Positions 10,875 through 21,690 of a stretch of DNA of 64,000 nt are shown piece after piece. Under the pieces are notes generated by a model, which saw nothing but the letters and a program-made list of their open reading frames with translations, did not search any database and was not told where the DNA came from. The DNA comes from an uncultured Pseudomonadales bacterium (lineage in GTDB: Bacteria > Pseudomonadota > Gammaproteobacteria > Pseudomonadales > Azotimanducaceae). The DNA is taken from NCBI GenBank assembly GCA_943787425.1, contig CALSMJ010000001.1, positions 793,271 to 857,270 of the forward strand, written 5' to 3'. The translations under genes and the position numbers were made by a program. Numbering within the stretch: position 1 is the first letter of the stretch; each line of letters begins with the position of its first letter.

Positions 10875-10969
10875 GACGGCCTCCGAAAAATCGGCGCATC
10901 CTAGAGCTTAAAAGAGGGCAACGCAACGTTTTTATCTAGGCAGATCCGGCCCCCCAAATCCTTCGGCTG

Positions 10970-11902
10970 TTAAGTTTGGAAATTCAGCCGCAAACCCGGG
11001 GTTGGCCACGTGGCTTTGACCAATTTACCGGTCGAGGACAACGTGATGTAGGCGGTCTGAAGACCTTCGCCACCAAAGGCAATATTCGTTGTTAAAACAT
11101 CCGGCATGGCAAAGAATTCAAGGCCACTGCCATCCGGCGAATGAGATGTAATGCCACCTGTTATCAGGGTCGCCACACAAACATGCCCCAAGGCATCGAC
11201 TGCAAGCGAGTCAAACATATGAAAATCGGGTCTTTGAGCCAGCATCCGACGCGGCACGCTGACATCCAGCGCGCCGGGTGACGCAATGGCATAGGCCCAA
11301 AGACGGCCCGTGGGCGTTTCGGCCACATACAACGTTTTTTCATCCGGCGACAAACCAATCCCATTCGGGGCTTGCATTGGGAAGATGACTTCCTCAATTC
11401 GGCTGCCATCCGCTGCGGCATAAAAGACGCCCGTTTGATCCCGGGTTCGCGGCCTCGTTTTGCCATGATCGGTGAACCAAAACCCACCCGCTTGATCGAA
11501 AACGAGATCGTTAGGTCCTTTTAATCGTTCACCCTCGCAGGCCTCATAGAGGGTTTCAACCGCACCCGTCTCCAGATTGACGCGTTCGATCCGCCCACCG
11601 GTATAGTCTGCTGGCTGCGCGCCTGGGAAGACCCGCCCATCGCGAGCTTTATGCCATTCAAAGCCGCCATTGTTACAGATATAACACTGCCCATCTGGCC
11701 CCAATGCTGCGCCATTGGGACCACCGCCAAGTTCTGCGACGATCGATTGCGTGCCATCTTCAGCAACCCGAGTCAGCGTGCCTCGCTGGATTTCAACCAC
11801 CAGCACCGATCCATCACTCAACGCGACCGGGCCCTCTGGAAACTGCAACCCTTCTGTCACAACCGTTACGTTCATATCACGCACTCCTTTCGCCTTAAAC
11901 AT
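10970..11902 (-). CDS. SMP-30/gluconolactonase/LRE-family beta-propeller protein
   Basis: Repeated propeller-like motifs (EGPV..., PNGAALGPDG, PNDLVFD, PNGIGLSPDEKTLYVAET). The start may instead be the internal ATG at 11875. Confidence 0.7.
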   Translation of the reverse strand: MFKAKGVRDMNVTVVTEGLQFPEGPVALSDGSVLVVEIQRGTLTRVAEDGTQSIVAELGGGPNGAALGPDGQCYICNNGGFEWHKARDGRVFPGAQPADYTGGRIERVNLETGAVETLYEACEGERLKGPNDLVFDQAGGFWFTDHGKTRPRTRDQTGVFYAAADGSRIEEVIFPMQAPNGIGLSPDEKTLYVAETPTGRLWAYAIASPGALDVSVPRRMLAQRPDFHMFDSLAVDALGHVCVATLITGGITSHSPDGSGLEFFAMPDVLTTNIAFGGEGLQTAYITLSSTGKLVKATWPTPGLRLNFQT

Positions 11903-12040
11903 CCCCTCACAAATTGGTTGTCACCGGGCTTGTAGGTGTCTTAAAAAGAATCTGCCGATGGCGACGCCCCTGCCTAAGCCCGGCGCCTTGCGCCACCCAG
12001 GTCGCGCTTTAAAAAGCGGCTCGCTGATCAGAGACCGTTT

Positions 12041-12847
12041 TTACGTCTGGTCTGTCTCACCGTCATCCTCGGTTGCTGCAGCAACTGGCGCGCCGCCCGG
12101 AAAGGCTTCAGCACCGTAATCTTGAATCATTTGAGTAATGCGTTCGACCATCTCATCCAATGCCGCTTCATCCGTGCCACGCATGACCAAATTGGTGCCA
12201 TAACCGTTTGGGCGATAAAACGGATAGGAACCAAGGTCGATGTCCGGGTACTGATCCTGAATCAGGCCAAGTTGTGCTGCTACCTGACTTTCACCAAGAA
12301 AGGCGCCTACCGTTCTAGATCGGACAGGCCGGCCGCCCGGCAACCTCAATGCATCAAAGGTACTGGCCATGGCTTGCATCACCATGGGCACACCAGCCAT
12401 CACAAACACATTCCCAAGTTGGAATCCTGGCGGCCCCCCAGTGGGATTATCAATCAAGGTCGCACCCACAGGGATCCGCGCCATCCGCAGCCTTGCTGCC
12501 ATCACCGCTGGCGGCGCCGCACGTGTTCGAATTAAGGCTGCAACTTCAGGATGCTCCTCAACTGCGACGCCAAAGGCCTTGGCGATGCTATCTACTGTAA
12601 TGTCATCATGAGTCGGTCCAATGCCGCCGGTGGTAAAAACGTAATCAAAGCGCTGCCTGCAGTGGTTCACAGTATCGACAATGGTTTCATCGACATCGGG
12701 AATCACGCGCGCTTCCATCATCCGAATCCCCAACTCGTTTAACACCCCGCTCAAGTGCGCAAGATTTGTGTCTTGCGTTCGACCCGAGAGAATCTCATTG
12801 CCAATAATAATCAAACATGCCGTGGCGGAATCTCGATCTGAATCCAT
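12041..12847 (-). CDS. CinA-like / MoaB-Mog-type molybdopterin-binding domain protein
   Basis: LIIIGNEILSGRTQDTN...FTTGGIGPTHDDIT is the characteristic CinA N-terminal domain. ATG at 12847 (MDSDRD) is preferred to the track start at 12901. Confidence 0.75.
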   Translation of the reverse strand: MDSDRDSATACLIIIGNEILSGRTQDTNLAHLSGVLNELGIRMMEARVIPDVDETIVDTVNHCRQRFDYVFTTGGIGPTHDDITVDSIAKAFGVAVEEHPEVAALIRTRAAPPAVMAARLRMARIPVGATLIDNPTGGPPGFQLGNVFVMAGVPMVMQAMASTFDALRLPGGRPVRSRTVGAFLGESQVAAQLGLIQDQYPDIDLGSYPFYRPNGYGTNLVMRGTDEAALDEMVERITQMIQDYGAEAFPGGAPVAAATEDDGETDQT

Positions 12848-13398
12848 ATAAAAAGACCTTGTTGTGAATTGAAGCCGGACGCCGCTCAAAACAACGACCA
12901 CTTGCTATATTTAAACACGAATTCAGCGCGAAGCGCGGCAGTCAACCCCAGCGGCGCGACAGCGCTTACGCGCCCACCTGCCCAAGCCGGATACCTGAGC
13001 CGATGATCAAAGGATGTGCCTGAGCAAGCACGCGGGCAACGCACTGTACAGCAAGCGCTTGTTTCGCGATGACGTTTTCCGGGACGGGTTACGCCTGATC
13101 AACGCCTTTGGCCCCAAGATCACATAGCGTGACGAGAAACCGTCAAGGCGATAGACTGGGGCTCTAGATCCTGTCGCGCGCTTTTTAACAAACTAAGGCC
13201 TTAATTCCGACAGATGCTGAATGGAAGCGGCGGCCTGCATCCTTCGATCTTGGGCACCCAAGGCCGATCAATGGATTGGAACCTCGTTCGGGCACCCGTC
13301 CTCGAAGCGGTTTAAGGTGACGCGCGCGAAAGCTCGTCCTACTCGTCCTAATTAGGGGGGGTCGTGGTAACCGCTAGGATAAAATGACCACAAATTCT

Positions 13399-13419
13399 CT
13401 GCTGTCCGTACCACAGCAG
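13399..13419. promoter_or_regulatory. Perfect 7-bp inverted repeat CTGCTGT-N7-ACAGCAG 25 bp upstream of the uvrA start; possible LexA-type operator with non-canonical spacing
   Basis: Seen directly in the sequence. It contains CTGT...ACAG half-sites, but the spacer is 7 nt rather than the canonical 8. Confidence 0.3.
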
Positions 13420-13443
13420 GGCATCAAGCGTTAGGAACGGTTT

Positions 13444-16320
13444 ATGAAATCAGCGGCAGAAGAACTCGACCACATCCTGATTAAGGGCGCGCGCGAGCAC
13501 AACCTCAAGAATATCGAAGTCAAGATTCCAAAACGTAAACTGGTTGTGCTGACTGGGGTTTCGGGCTCCGGAAAATCATCCCTGGCGTTCGATACGCTCT
13601 ACGCCGAGGGTCAAAGGCGCTATGTCGAATCGCTTTCTGCCTATGCTCGGCAATTTCTCGGCCAAATGGAAAAACCCAAATACGACACGATTCGTGGTCT
13701 CTCGCCGACCATCTCAATCGAACAAAAAACAACCAGCCGCAACCCCCGCTCAACGGTTGGCACCATTACCGAAATTTCGGACTACCTCAGGGTTTTATTT
13801 GCCCGCGTCGGACAGCAGCACTGCCACCAGTGCCATCAACCTGTTGCTGGCCAGACCGCAGAAAAAATCGTCTTAGAGCTTTTGAAGTACCCAAAGGGAA
13901 CCCGGGTTAATCTTATGCACTCGTTATTGGTGAACCGTAAAGGCGAGCATCGTGATGTCATCGACAGCGCGCGAGCCCAAGGCTTTGTCAGACTTCGGGT
14001 CGATGGCGAGATCAAACGCGTCGAGGACTTAACCGTTTTAGACAAGCGCAAAAAACACACCGTCGAACTCATTACCGATCGCTTGGTTATCCGCGATGAC
14101 ATCAAAGACCGATTAACCGACAGCGTTGAACAAACCCTGCGGATGGGCAAGGGGTCGATGTTGGTTGAGATCGATAATACCGACCGAATTTTTTCAGAGC
14201 ATCTCGCCTGCGCCGATTGTGGCATCTCCTTTCCAGCGCTGTCGCCCCAATCTTTTTCGTTCAACAGCCCCCAAGGGATGTGCCTGGCCTGTAACGGCCT
14301 GGGCACCCAAGTTGCGTTTGACCCAGATCTTGTGATCCCCGATGAGACCTTGTCGCTCAGTGAGGGCGCGCTGAAGCCGGTTGGCCGAATCGATCAAGAC
14401 AGCCGATCGATGACCGCGATTTTTCACAGGCAGATGTTCGAACATCTGAAGATCCCCACTCGTAAAGCATGGCGAGCGCTCACCCCAAACCAACGTAAAA
14501 CCATTCTGTACGGCACTGGCGAGAAGCGTTATCAAATTAACTGGGGCAGTCACGGCACAACCAACTCCCGCTACGAAGGACTGCTCAATCGGCTCATGCG
14601 ACGGTTTCGGAATACCAAGTCTGAAGGCATGAAACGCTGGTACGCGCAGTTTTTGGCCAACACGCCCTGCGACGTCTGCGAGGGCGACCGGCTCCGTAAG
14701 GAGTCGGCCGCCGTCAAAGTTGCAAATCGAACCCTCATCGACATCTCCGCCATGACCATCGAGGCGTCTCTGAACTTTTTCGACCGCATCGCGCTGCAGG
14801 GCGCTGACGCCGAGATCGCTGTTGAATTACTGAAGGAGATTCGAGGCCGTCTGGGCTTTTTGAATGCGGTTGGCCTGTCTTATCTGTCACTGAACCGGCT
14901 CGGTCCCTCTCTTTCTGGCGGCGAATCCCAAAGAATTCGATTGGCCAGCCAAGTTGGATCGGAGCTGTCCGGGGTAATCTACATTCTCGATGAGCCGAGC
15001 ATTGGCCTACATCAGCGTGACAATGAACGGCTGTTAAACACCCTTATTAAGATGCGTGATATTGGTAACACTGTCATTGTGGTTGAACATGACGAAGACA
15101 CCATTCGCGCGGCTGACTATGTTATCGATTTTGGTCCCGGCGCGGGCACCCAAGGCGGCAGTGTCATCCACGCTGGCACCCCAAAAACCTTACTCAAAAA
15201 CCGCGCCTCGTTAACGGGCGACTATCTCTCGGGCCGCGCTAGCATTCCTGTGCGAGCAGAACCCCGAACGCCCTCAGGCGAGGTCCGTGTGACGGGTGCC
15301 AAAGAAAATAATTTGAAAGATTTATCGGTAGCCTTTCCCCTTGGCATGCTGGTTGCGGTAACGGGTGTTTCAGGGGCGGGCAAATCAACGCTGGTGAACG
15401 ATATTTTATATCCTGCGATGGCGCGCCACTTTCATGGCAGCCAACAGAAAATTGGCAAACACACGGCCGTCATCGGCTTAGATCAGCTCGACAAGGTCGT
15501 CGCCATCGACCAAAAACCCATCGGCCGCACACCGCGCAGCAATCCGGTGACTTATATCAAGGTATTTGATGAGATTCGAAAGTTTTTCGCCCTACTGCCC
15601 GAATCACGCGTCCGCGGCTATACCCCGGGCCGATTTTCATTCAACGTCAAAGGCGGCCGCTGCGAATCCTGTCAGGGTGACGGCGTGCGTAAAATTGAAA
15701 TGCACTTCTTATCCGATGTTTACGTCAAGTGCGAGGCCTGCGATGGCAGCCGCTTTAATGTGGCAACGCTCGAGGTGCAATACAAAGGAAAATCCATCGC
15801 TGACGTACTAAGATTGACCGTTGCCGAGGCGGTCCTGCATTTCTCAGAACATCCAAAGATTGTGAATCAATTGCAACTTTTGGTGGACGTTGGGCTTGAT
15901 TACCTTGCCCTCGGCCAACCGTCCTCCACCTTATCCGGCGGCGAGGCGCAACGCATCAAATTAGCCCGGGAGCTGTCCAAAATTGCCACCGGCAAAACAT
16001 TTTATCTGCTGGACGAGCCAACGACGGGCTTGCACTTTGACGATGTTCGAAAATTATTGGGGGTTCTAAACCGTTTAATCGATGCCGGCAACTCTGTGGT
16101 GGTGATTGAACACAACCTAGATGTGATCCGAACTTCGGACTGGATCATTGATCTGGGACCCGCCGGCGGCCCAACGGGTGGTAACGTGCTGACCCAAGGC
16201 ACCCCCGCGGCAGTCGCCCAATGCCCCGACAGTGATACCGGCCGATACCTTGCGCCGTTCTTCCCAAAGCAAAAATCAACCCGCGTGAAGACCTCGAACG
16301 CAAAGCAGAAGTCCAAATGA
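13444..16320 (+). CDS. uvrA: Excinuclease ABC subunit A
   Basis: 958 aa with two ABC ATPase modules ([10 protein letters not shown] and [10 protein letters not shown] Walker A; LSGGESQR and LSGGEAQR signatures). Zinc-finger cysteines are present (CHQCHQ, CADCG, CxxCxG). Confidence 0.97.
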   Translation: MKSAAEELDHILIKGAREHNLKNIEVKIPKRKLVVLTGVSGSGKSSLAFDTLYAEGQRRYVESLSAYARQFLGQMEKPKYDTIRGLSPTISIEQKTTSRNPRSTVGTITEISDYLRVLFARVGQQHCHQCHQPVAGQTAEKIVLELLKYPKGTRVNLMHSLLVNRKGEHRDVIDSARAQGFVRLRVDGEIKRVEDLTVLDKRKKHTVELITDRLVIRDDIKDRLTDSVEQTLRMGKGSMLVEIDNTDRIFSEHLACADCGISFPALSPQSFSFNSPQGMCLACNGLGTQVAFDPDLVIPDETLSLSEGALKPVGRIDQDSRSMTAIFHRQMFEHLKIPTRKAWRALTPNQRKTILYGTGEKRYQINWGSHGTTNSRYEGLLNRLMRRFRNTKSEGMKRWYAQFLANTPCDVCEGDRLRKESAAVKVANRTLIDISAMTIEASLNFFDRIALQGADAEIAVELLKEIRGRLGFLNAVGLSYLSLNRLGPSLSGGESQRIRLASQVGSELSGVIYILDEPSIGLHQRDNERLLNTLIKMRDIGNTVIVVEHDEDTIRAADYVIDFGPGAGTQGGSVIHAGTPKTLLKNRASLTGDYLSGRASIPVRAEPRTPSGEVRVTGAKENNLKDLSVAFPLGMLVAVTGVSGAGKSTLVNDILYPAMARHFHGSQQKIGKHTAVIGLDQLDKVVAIDQKPIGRTPRSNPVTYIKVFDEIRKFFALLPESRVRGYTPGRFSFNVKGGRCESCQGDGVRKIEMHFLSDVYVKCEACDGSRFNVATLEVQYKGKSIADVLRLTVAEAVLHFSEHPKIVNQLQLLVDVGLDYLALGQPSSTLSGGEAQRIKLARELSKIATGKTFYLLDEPTTGLHFDDVRKLLGVLNRLIDAGNSVVVIEHNLDVIRTSDWIIDLGPAGGPTGGNVLTQGTPAAVAQCPDSDTGRYLAPFFPKQKSTRVKTSNAKQKSK

Positions 16321-16416
16321 TGGCGCCGGGGTTGATTTGCGCGGCCCGGCCTCGTGCAACTGCGCGCTTGACCCGCGCGTCACCCCACGTTGATCACGCA
16401 AAGGATAAGACGACCC

Positions 16417-17247
16417 ATGACTGACTTCGACCCGACGATGGTGCCGATCCGTGCCGCTGCCACCGTTCTGCTGATCGCCGATCGGCCTGAATTAAAGATT
16501 TTGATGATGCGCCGTCATGCTAAAACCTTATTTGCCGGTGGCATGTGGGTGTTCCCGGGTGGCGCTGTGGACCCGGCCGATGTGACGGTGGCCGTTTCAG
16601 GCGAAGTCGAGCTCGACTATCCAGGCCCCATCACAGCGCAGACCCCCGAGGATCATCGGTCATATTATGTTGCCGCGATTCGGGAATGCTTCGAAGAGGC
16701 GGGTATTTTGCTGACCCTTCCCGATCCAAGCGGTCCAGCATCGGCACCGCTCACTCAAGCCCAGCAAGCAGACCTCAGAGACCAACTCAATGCCGGTACG
16801 CTCTCCTTTAATACGCTGTTATCTGACTACCAACTGATCCCCAACGCGGCGCTGATCAAACCGGTTGCGCGCTGGATCACACCGCTCGGCTCACCCAAGC
16901 GGTTTGATGCTCGGTTCTTTCTCGCAAAGCACCCAACCAACCAAGACGCGTCTCATGACCAAGGTGAACTCATCGATTCAGAATGGCTGACCCCAACAGA
17001 GATTTTAAGTCGATTCGATGCGGGCAGCATGGCGATCATGACCCCAACCCTCAGGATGATTCAAAACTTGCAGGCATTTGATACCGCAGACGCCGTCCTG
17101 GCCGCGATGGATCAAATCCAAGACTACCATCAGGTGCTCGTCGACCCCGAAACCCGTGCCTTATTACTCCCGGGTGAGCAGGGGTATGACGCGGCCGTTG
17201 ATCATATTGAAACCGGCTGGGTTCGCCTCAGAACCTTGCCCCATTAA
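16417..17247 (+). CDS. Nudix hydrolase
   Basis: Nudix box elements GGAVDP...AAIRECFEEAGIL. ATG at 16417 is preceded by AAGGATAAG. Confidence 0.75.
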   Translation: MTDFDPTMVPIRAAATVLLIADRPELKILMMRRHAKTLFAGGMWVFPGGAVDPADVTVAVSGEVELDYPGPITAQTPEDHRSYYVAAIRECFEEAGILLTLPDPSGPASAPLTQAQQADLRDQLNAGTLSFNTLLSDYQLIPNAALIKPVARWITPLGSPKRFDARFFLAKHPTNQDASHDQGELIDSEWLTPTEILSRFDAGSMAIMTPTLRMIQNLQAFDTADAVLAAMDQIQDYHQVLVDPETRALLLPGEQGYDAAVDHIETGWVRLRTLPH

Positions 17248-18216
17248 TCAAGGCAAGCCCCATTCATTTTCAACCCGCGTTAACCAGTAATCGACATCCG
17301 CCTTGGGATCACCGGTGATATAACGCCACAGTTTCAAACGGTTAATGAGCTCTAACCGGCCGGTGTCCGCCTCGAACCAGGGTTCAAGCGCCATCAGTTG
17401 GTTGGCAACGGGATCTTTATGATTTGGATCTGTCCAAAAAATAGGCCTCGGCGAATCTGGTTGGGTCACAAGATCCGAGTCATTCCAAAGCCGCACCTGA
17501 GGCGCATTAGGTCCCAGCCGAATCTTGTATAAGTAGCGGTCCTGCGTTGATTGATTGCGCCCAGCGCCGTGCCAAAGCCCCATGTGAAACACATACAGAC
17601 TACCTGCTGGGCAAACGACGTGCTCTTGACCCACGATGTTTTGATAGCGCGCGATGGCAGCCTCGCTGACCCGCCGCAAATGAGAACCCGGAATGTAGCG
17701 TGTCCCCCCCATTGCACGCGTGACCGCCTGGGGAAAGTAAAATAGCTGGATGTCGAATGCTTGTCTTGGATCAATGGTTGAATCTTGATGATTGTGTTGC
17801 GAGACAGCCTTGGACGTTCGCTGCATCTCAGTCCCTGCCCCTAACGTTAAATGCAGAAAGTGATGATCAAAAATCGGGGCATCCCCCACTAAGCTTCGGA
17901 TCATGCCTTTAACCACCGGTAGGTTCAAAATATCATGCAGGCATTCCCCCGATTGAAAACAATCTGGCAGGCTGGTGCCGGGGGAGATTTTCGGAATGCT
18001 GGGGTTGTGAATTAACCGACTGTACGCCTGACTGAGCGTTTTTTCTGCATCGCCGGCCGGTGCGCGCAGCTGCTCTAGAAACCGCGCATTCAACGCCTCG
18101 GGCACCACGCCTTCGAAGGCCAATACGCCTCGCGCCACGAATTCCGCCATTTGCAGCGTTGTCAAACCTAACTCATGACCCATTGACACCCCCACCGCGC
18201 AGTCGACGCGCGACAT
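17248..18216 (-). CDS. Phytanoyl-CoA dioxygenase (PhyH)-family Fe(II)/2-oxoglutarate oxygenase
   Basis: The N-terminal pattern LTTLQMAEFVARGVLAFEGVVPEALN, together with later His/Asp-containing segments (HNHQDS, LWHGAGRN), resembles the PhyH family. The call rests on pattern recognition only. Confidence 0.55.
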   Translation of the reverse strand: MSRVDCAVGVSMGHELGLTTLQMAEFVARGVLAFEGVVPEALNARFLEQLRAPAGDAEKTLSQAYSRLIHNPSIPKISPGTSLPDCFQSGECLHDILNLPVVKGMIRSLVGDAPIFDHHFLHLTLGAGTEMQRTSKAVSQHNHQDSTIDPRQAFDIQLFYFPQAVTRAMGGTRYIPGSHLRRVSEAAIARYQNIVGQEHVVCPAGSLYVFHMGLWHGAGRNQSTQDRYLYKIRLGPNAPQVRLWNDSDLVTQPDSPRPIFWTDPNHKDPVANQLMALEPWFEADTGRLELINRLKLWRYITGDPKADVDYWLTRVENEWGLP

Positions 18217-18343
18217 CCCTTTAAAGGCCAGCTCATTCGGCAGGCCGTGCTAGGCCCCGCTAACAGACCCGTTATCGGTGGCTCACGACACGCGCACTGC
18301 ACGGTATCCAATTCATCGCCCTGCAGGCATTGATAACCGATCA

Positions 18344-18628
18344 TCACAGCTTGGGCTCAATCGAGTGCCACTGCTCGAAAAAAAATTCGTACTTTAAATA
18401 ATCTGTCCGAAATTCCTCACCCGAGACGTGGCTCACCAAGGGACTCGCTTGAATCAACCGCCAACCATCCCGGAGGGCATCGACCCCAGTCTTGTAGGGC
18501 GGCACATCCTCATCCCCGGTCATTGGCTTGCTGCCACCAAGGCCATCGTACTGCGCCCAACCGACAACTGGCGTATCCAACGCCGACGTCGCCAAGTACA
18601 ACACCAGAACTTTCTGTCTCGCCGCCAT
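18344..18628 (-). CDS. Hypothetical small protein
   Basis: 94-102-aa ORF with protein-like composition and no recognisable motif. Confidence 0.4.
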   Translation of the reverse strand: MAARQKVLVLYLATSALDTPVVGWAQYDGLGGSKPMTGDEDVPPYKTGVDALRDGWRLIQASPLVSHVSGEEFRTDYLKYEFFFEQWHSIEPKL

Positions 18629-18977
18629 CGTGAACCCCTGCCTAGACCTCACCCCATTCTGCCAGTTAAAGCATAAGTCTGCCGTTTGGCAAGCTTAGGC
18701 TTTAAATTGGGAGCGGCAAGGTTAGGGTTTAACAAAGATCAACTCTTTGGATTTGACCGCATAAACTGCTGAATACGGCAATGAAAGGTCTTAATTGGCT
18801 CCGCCCTTATGGTTGAACCGGCACATTCAACCGACTCGACACGAATTTGTAAATGCTACCAACCTGAACCCGAGTCAGAATGCCTCAAAAATCAACCAAA
18901 TAATGAAAAAAAATGACTTGATAATGAAGAAATAATGGATAAGATCGGTCGATCAATTAAGAAATCGGCATTCAAAC

Positions 18978-19751
18978 ATGCAAATGATTCTGCTCGTCTG
19001 GTTAATATTACTGCCTGCAACAACGCTCGCCGGCGCAACCTTGGCCAAGCATTCGGAGTTGGACACGGCCCGTCCGGACTTCGCGGCCATTCGAGATGTG
19101 CAAACAAAAAAATCCGCTTTTTTCGATTATTTGATGCCCTTTGTTCTTGACGCAAATGCCGCCATTGAGGCCGAACGCGCACGCCTTTTACAGATGGAGG
19201 CGATCAATGCCACGGGGCGAGCCTTATCCAGTGCGCAACAGGCTGATCTTCTGCGCCTGGCCAAACGGTATCGACTGCCCACTGCGCAGCATAACCGTCC
19301 GACCGACAAGCTCATTGCGCAAGTCCTACAGCGCGTTGATGTGGTGCCAGCCTCCCTTGTTTTGGCGCAAGCGGCGAATGAGAGCGGCTGGGGCACGTCT
19401 CGGTTTGCTCGCCAGGCGAATAATTATTTTGGTATGTGGTGCTATCAAGCCGGTTGTGGGCTCAAGCCCCGTCAGCGCGACGCAGGCCTTTCTCATGAGG
19501 TAAAACGCTTCGAACACACTCAGGACAGTGTTGTCGCCTATTTACACAATCTCAACACCAACCGTGCCTACCAACGCTTAAGAGACTTACGGCAAACGAC
19601 GCGAGAACTGGGCGCGCCCTTGCGGGGCGTTTTGCTGGCCGAGGGCTTGCAGGCCTACTCGAGTCGAGGCGTCGACTATGTTAAAGATATACAAGCCATG
19701 ATTATTGCCAACGACCTTGAACAACGCGCCTTTGAGCTGGCGAGTCAGTAA
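18978..19751 (+). CDS. Secreted glucosaminidase-domain protein (Bax/FlgJ-like muramidase)
   Basis: Signal peptide MQMILLVWLILLPATTLAGA, plus the glucosaminidase motif AQAANESGWGTSRFARQANNYFGMWCY. Confidence 0.75.
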   Translation: MQMILLVWLILLPATTLAGATLAKHSELDTARPDFAAIRDVQTKKSAFFDYLMPFVLDANAAIEAERARLLQMEAINATGRALSSAQQADLLRLAKRYRLPTAQHNRPTDKLIAQVLQRVDVVPASLVLAQAANESGWGTSRFARQANNYFGMWCYQAGCGLKPRQRDAGLSHEVKRFEHTQDSVVAYLHNLNTNRAYQRLRDLRQTTRELGAPLRGVLLAEGLQAYSSRGVDYVKDIQAMIIANDLEQRAFELASQ

Positions 19752-19790
19752 TCCCAGTTACCTCATATACCCAACCCACTCGGCTTGCGC

Positions 19791-20363
19791 ATGAACCCCT
19801 ATCAGGTCAGTCACCTTAAGCATCTTGGCGCAGGCCCCCTTGATGCCGACCTGCAGGCCTTAAAAACCCAATTGAATGCTATGACGCCTGACACCGCCCT
19901 AATCGGCATCTTCACAGGCCTGTTCGGACTGGCCAGCAATGAATGCTTACTTTTAACGCAGCAGGCACCCTTTGCGCCTGAACCAATACCGCAAGGCTTT
20001 GAGGTTGTTCGCACATATCACTTGCTGGCGACCGTTCGACCGACCGAAACTCAAACTTTTGACCAGCCGGGCATTTATGTTTTCCGCTTTTGGACCCTGC
20101 CAGGCAAGCAGGTTGATTCACTCATAGCATTGTCCCAACGTGCTTGGGAAACCTTCGAGGATGATTTTGACACCGAGGTCAAAGCCTTATTCCGGCAATC
20201 GACGCCAGCCGATCATGAGACCGCACTGCTGATTACGTGGTACAAAAATTTCGCCGTGTGGGAGGCTTCACGACAACCGGACCCCGCTGCCGCAAATTAC
20301 TTTCGTCAGCGACAATCCTTAATTGATCGGGCCTTCCCGATTGCAACCCGGCGCTTTCCTTAG
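19791..20363 (+). CDS. Hypothetical protein, possibly NIPSNAP-like dimeric alpha/beta-barrel
   Basis: Two-part layout. The second half, IYVFRFWTLPGKQ...LLITWYKNFAVWEASRQ, resembles NIPSNAP domains. The call is weak. Confidence 0.4.
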   Translation: MNPYQVSHLKHLGAGPLDADLQALKTQLNAMTPDTALIGIFTGLFGLASNECLLLTQQAPFAPEPIPQGFEVVRTYHLLATVRPTETQTFDQPGIYVFRFWTLPGKQVDSLIALSQRAWETFEDDFDTEVKALFRQSTPADHETALLITWYKNFAVWEASRQPDPAAANYFRQRQSLIDRAFPIATRRFP

Positions 20364-20911
20364 CGCCGGTGCAGGTACAGGTAACGCCAAAGCGTTGCTG
20401 CGACCAGCGCATGATCAATCCGGCCATCCAAGAGATAGCTTGTAAGGTCCGCAACCGGCACCAGCACCACCTCGGTTTGCTCCGTCGCCGTATTCTGAAT
20501 GTCCGCCTCAATGACGACATCCTCAGCAACAAACGTGTGTAATTGATTGTTGAACACGGCTGGATTCGGATTGAGCACGCCCAAAGATTTTAAATCACTG
20601 GCCCGAAAGCCGGATTCTTCAAGACATTCACGGGCCGCCGAAACGATCGGCGCTTCGCCAGGGTCAACCATGCCACCTGGTATCTCAAGCGATAAATCGT
20701 CGCTCCCGTGCCGATACTGTCGGACAAAAACCACTTCTTGATCAGGCGTAATCGGCAGCACGTTCACCCAATCCACCGTATCCAGCACGAAAAACCCATG
20801 CTCGTTTCCGGTTTTGGGCGAAATCGCAGTGACTTCCTGAACCTTCATGATTCGCAAATCAAGCAGCACTTTGGTCGCCACCCGAGTCCAGGGTGTAATC
20901 AGTGCACTCAT
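20360..20911 (-). CDS. Nudix hydrolase (ADP-ribose pyrophosphatase-like)
   Basis: Nudix box PGGMVDPGEAPIVSAARECLEESGF. Its ATG overlaps the TGA of the upstream SDR gene (ATGA at 20908-20911). Confidence 0.8.
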   Translation of the reverse strand: MSALITPWTRVATKVLLDLRIMKVQEVTAISPKTGNEHGFFVLDTVDWVNVLPITPDQEVVFVRQYRHGSDDLSLEIPGGMVDPGEAPIVSAARECLEESGFRASDLKSLGVLNPNPAVFNNQLHTFVAEDVVIEADIQNTATEQTEVVLVPVADLTSYLLDGRIDHALVAATLWRYLYLHRR

Positions 20912-21612
20912 CCGCCAAGCCCTCGAACCGGGATTGCCGCACCATGCAAGGCGATCGCCTCAGCGCTGGCCAAAAACCCAATGACCGAGGCCAAATGTTC
21001 GGGTGCGACCCATTGAGCAAAATCTGCGTCTGGCATATCCGATCTGTTTCTTGGTGTGTCGATGACCGCTGGCAGCACACAATTGACATTGACGCCGGCT
21101 TGTTTGACTTCTTCAGCAAGACTTTCAGTGAGCCGAATCGTGGCCGACTTCGATGCCAGGTACGCCCCCATATGCGCCTGGCCTTGCGTCGCGGCAACCG
21201 CGCCAACATTAACCACCTTGCCGGCGCCTGCAGCAACCATTGCCGGCACAATCTTTTGCGTCATATAAATAATCGACTTTGTATTGAGGTTAAACAAGAA
21301 ATCCCAAGTCTCATCGAGCGTCTCAAACACGGTCTCACCCATTTGGAAGCCGCCCGCAATATTACACAAGACGTCTACCGCGCCATGGGTTTGCAGCAAC
21401 CGCTCGGACAAAGCGCCACAATCCTTGCGGCTTGTTAAATCACAAACCGCCAGATGGCAGTGCGGCCCAGGATTTGGAAACGCCGCATCCAGTAAGGCCC
21501 GATTGTAATCCACCGAGACCACAACCGCCCCACGCGCTAAGAAATGTTGCACCACAGCCTGCCCCAACACACCCGCGCCACCGGTTACCACCACCACTTG
21601 ATCTTCAAACAT
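20908..21612 (-). CDS. SDR-family oxidoreductase
   Basis: TGxxxGxG cofactor motif (VTGGAGVLGQAV) and catalytic YxxxK (YLASKSA). Confidence 0.85.
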   Translation of the reverse strand: MFEDQVVVVTGGAGVLGQAVVQHFLARGAVVVSVDYNRALLDAAFPNPGPHCHLAVCDLTSRKDCGALSERLLQTHGAVDVLCNIAGGFQMGETVFETLDETWDFLFNLNTKSIIYMTQKIVPAMVAAGAGKVVNVGAVAATQGQAHMGAYLASKSATIRLTESLAEEVKQAGVNVNCVLPAVIDTPRNRSDMPDADFAQWVAPEHLASVIGFLASAEAIALHGAAIPVRGLGG

Positions 21613-21690
21613 TGAGAGTTCCTTAAGCCTTGAATTGCTCGATGCTAAAGGCTTTACTGAAGGATGCCAACCTAAGAGACGAGCGCAACA

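Noticed and set aside
12902-13398. RNase P RNA or tmRNA in the long uvrA-upstream gap
   Set aside because: I could not find the universal RNase P motif AGGAAAGTCCGGGC. I also could not find the tmRNA 5' GGGGCTGA... / 3' ...TCCACCA ends on either strand.
20902-21438. 178-aa plus-strand and 130-aa minus-strand ORFs overlapping the SDR gene
   Set aside because: These are antisense or alternative-frame ORFs in GC-rich coding DNA. The SDR frame has TGxxxGxG and YxxxK motifs.
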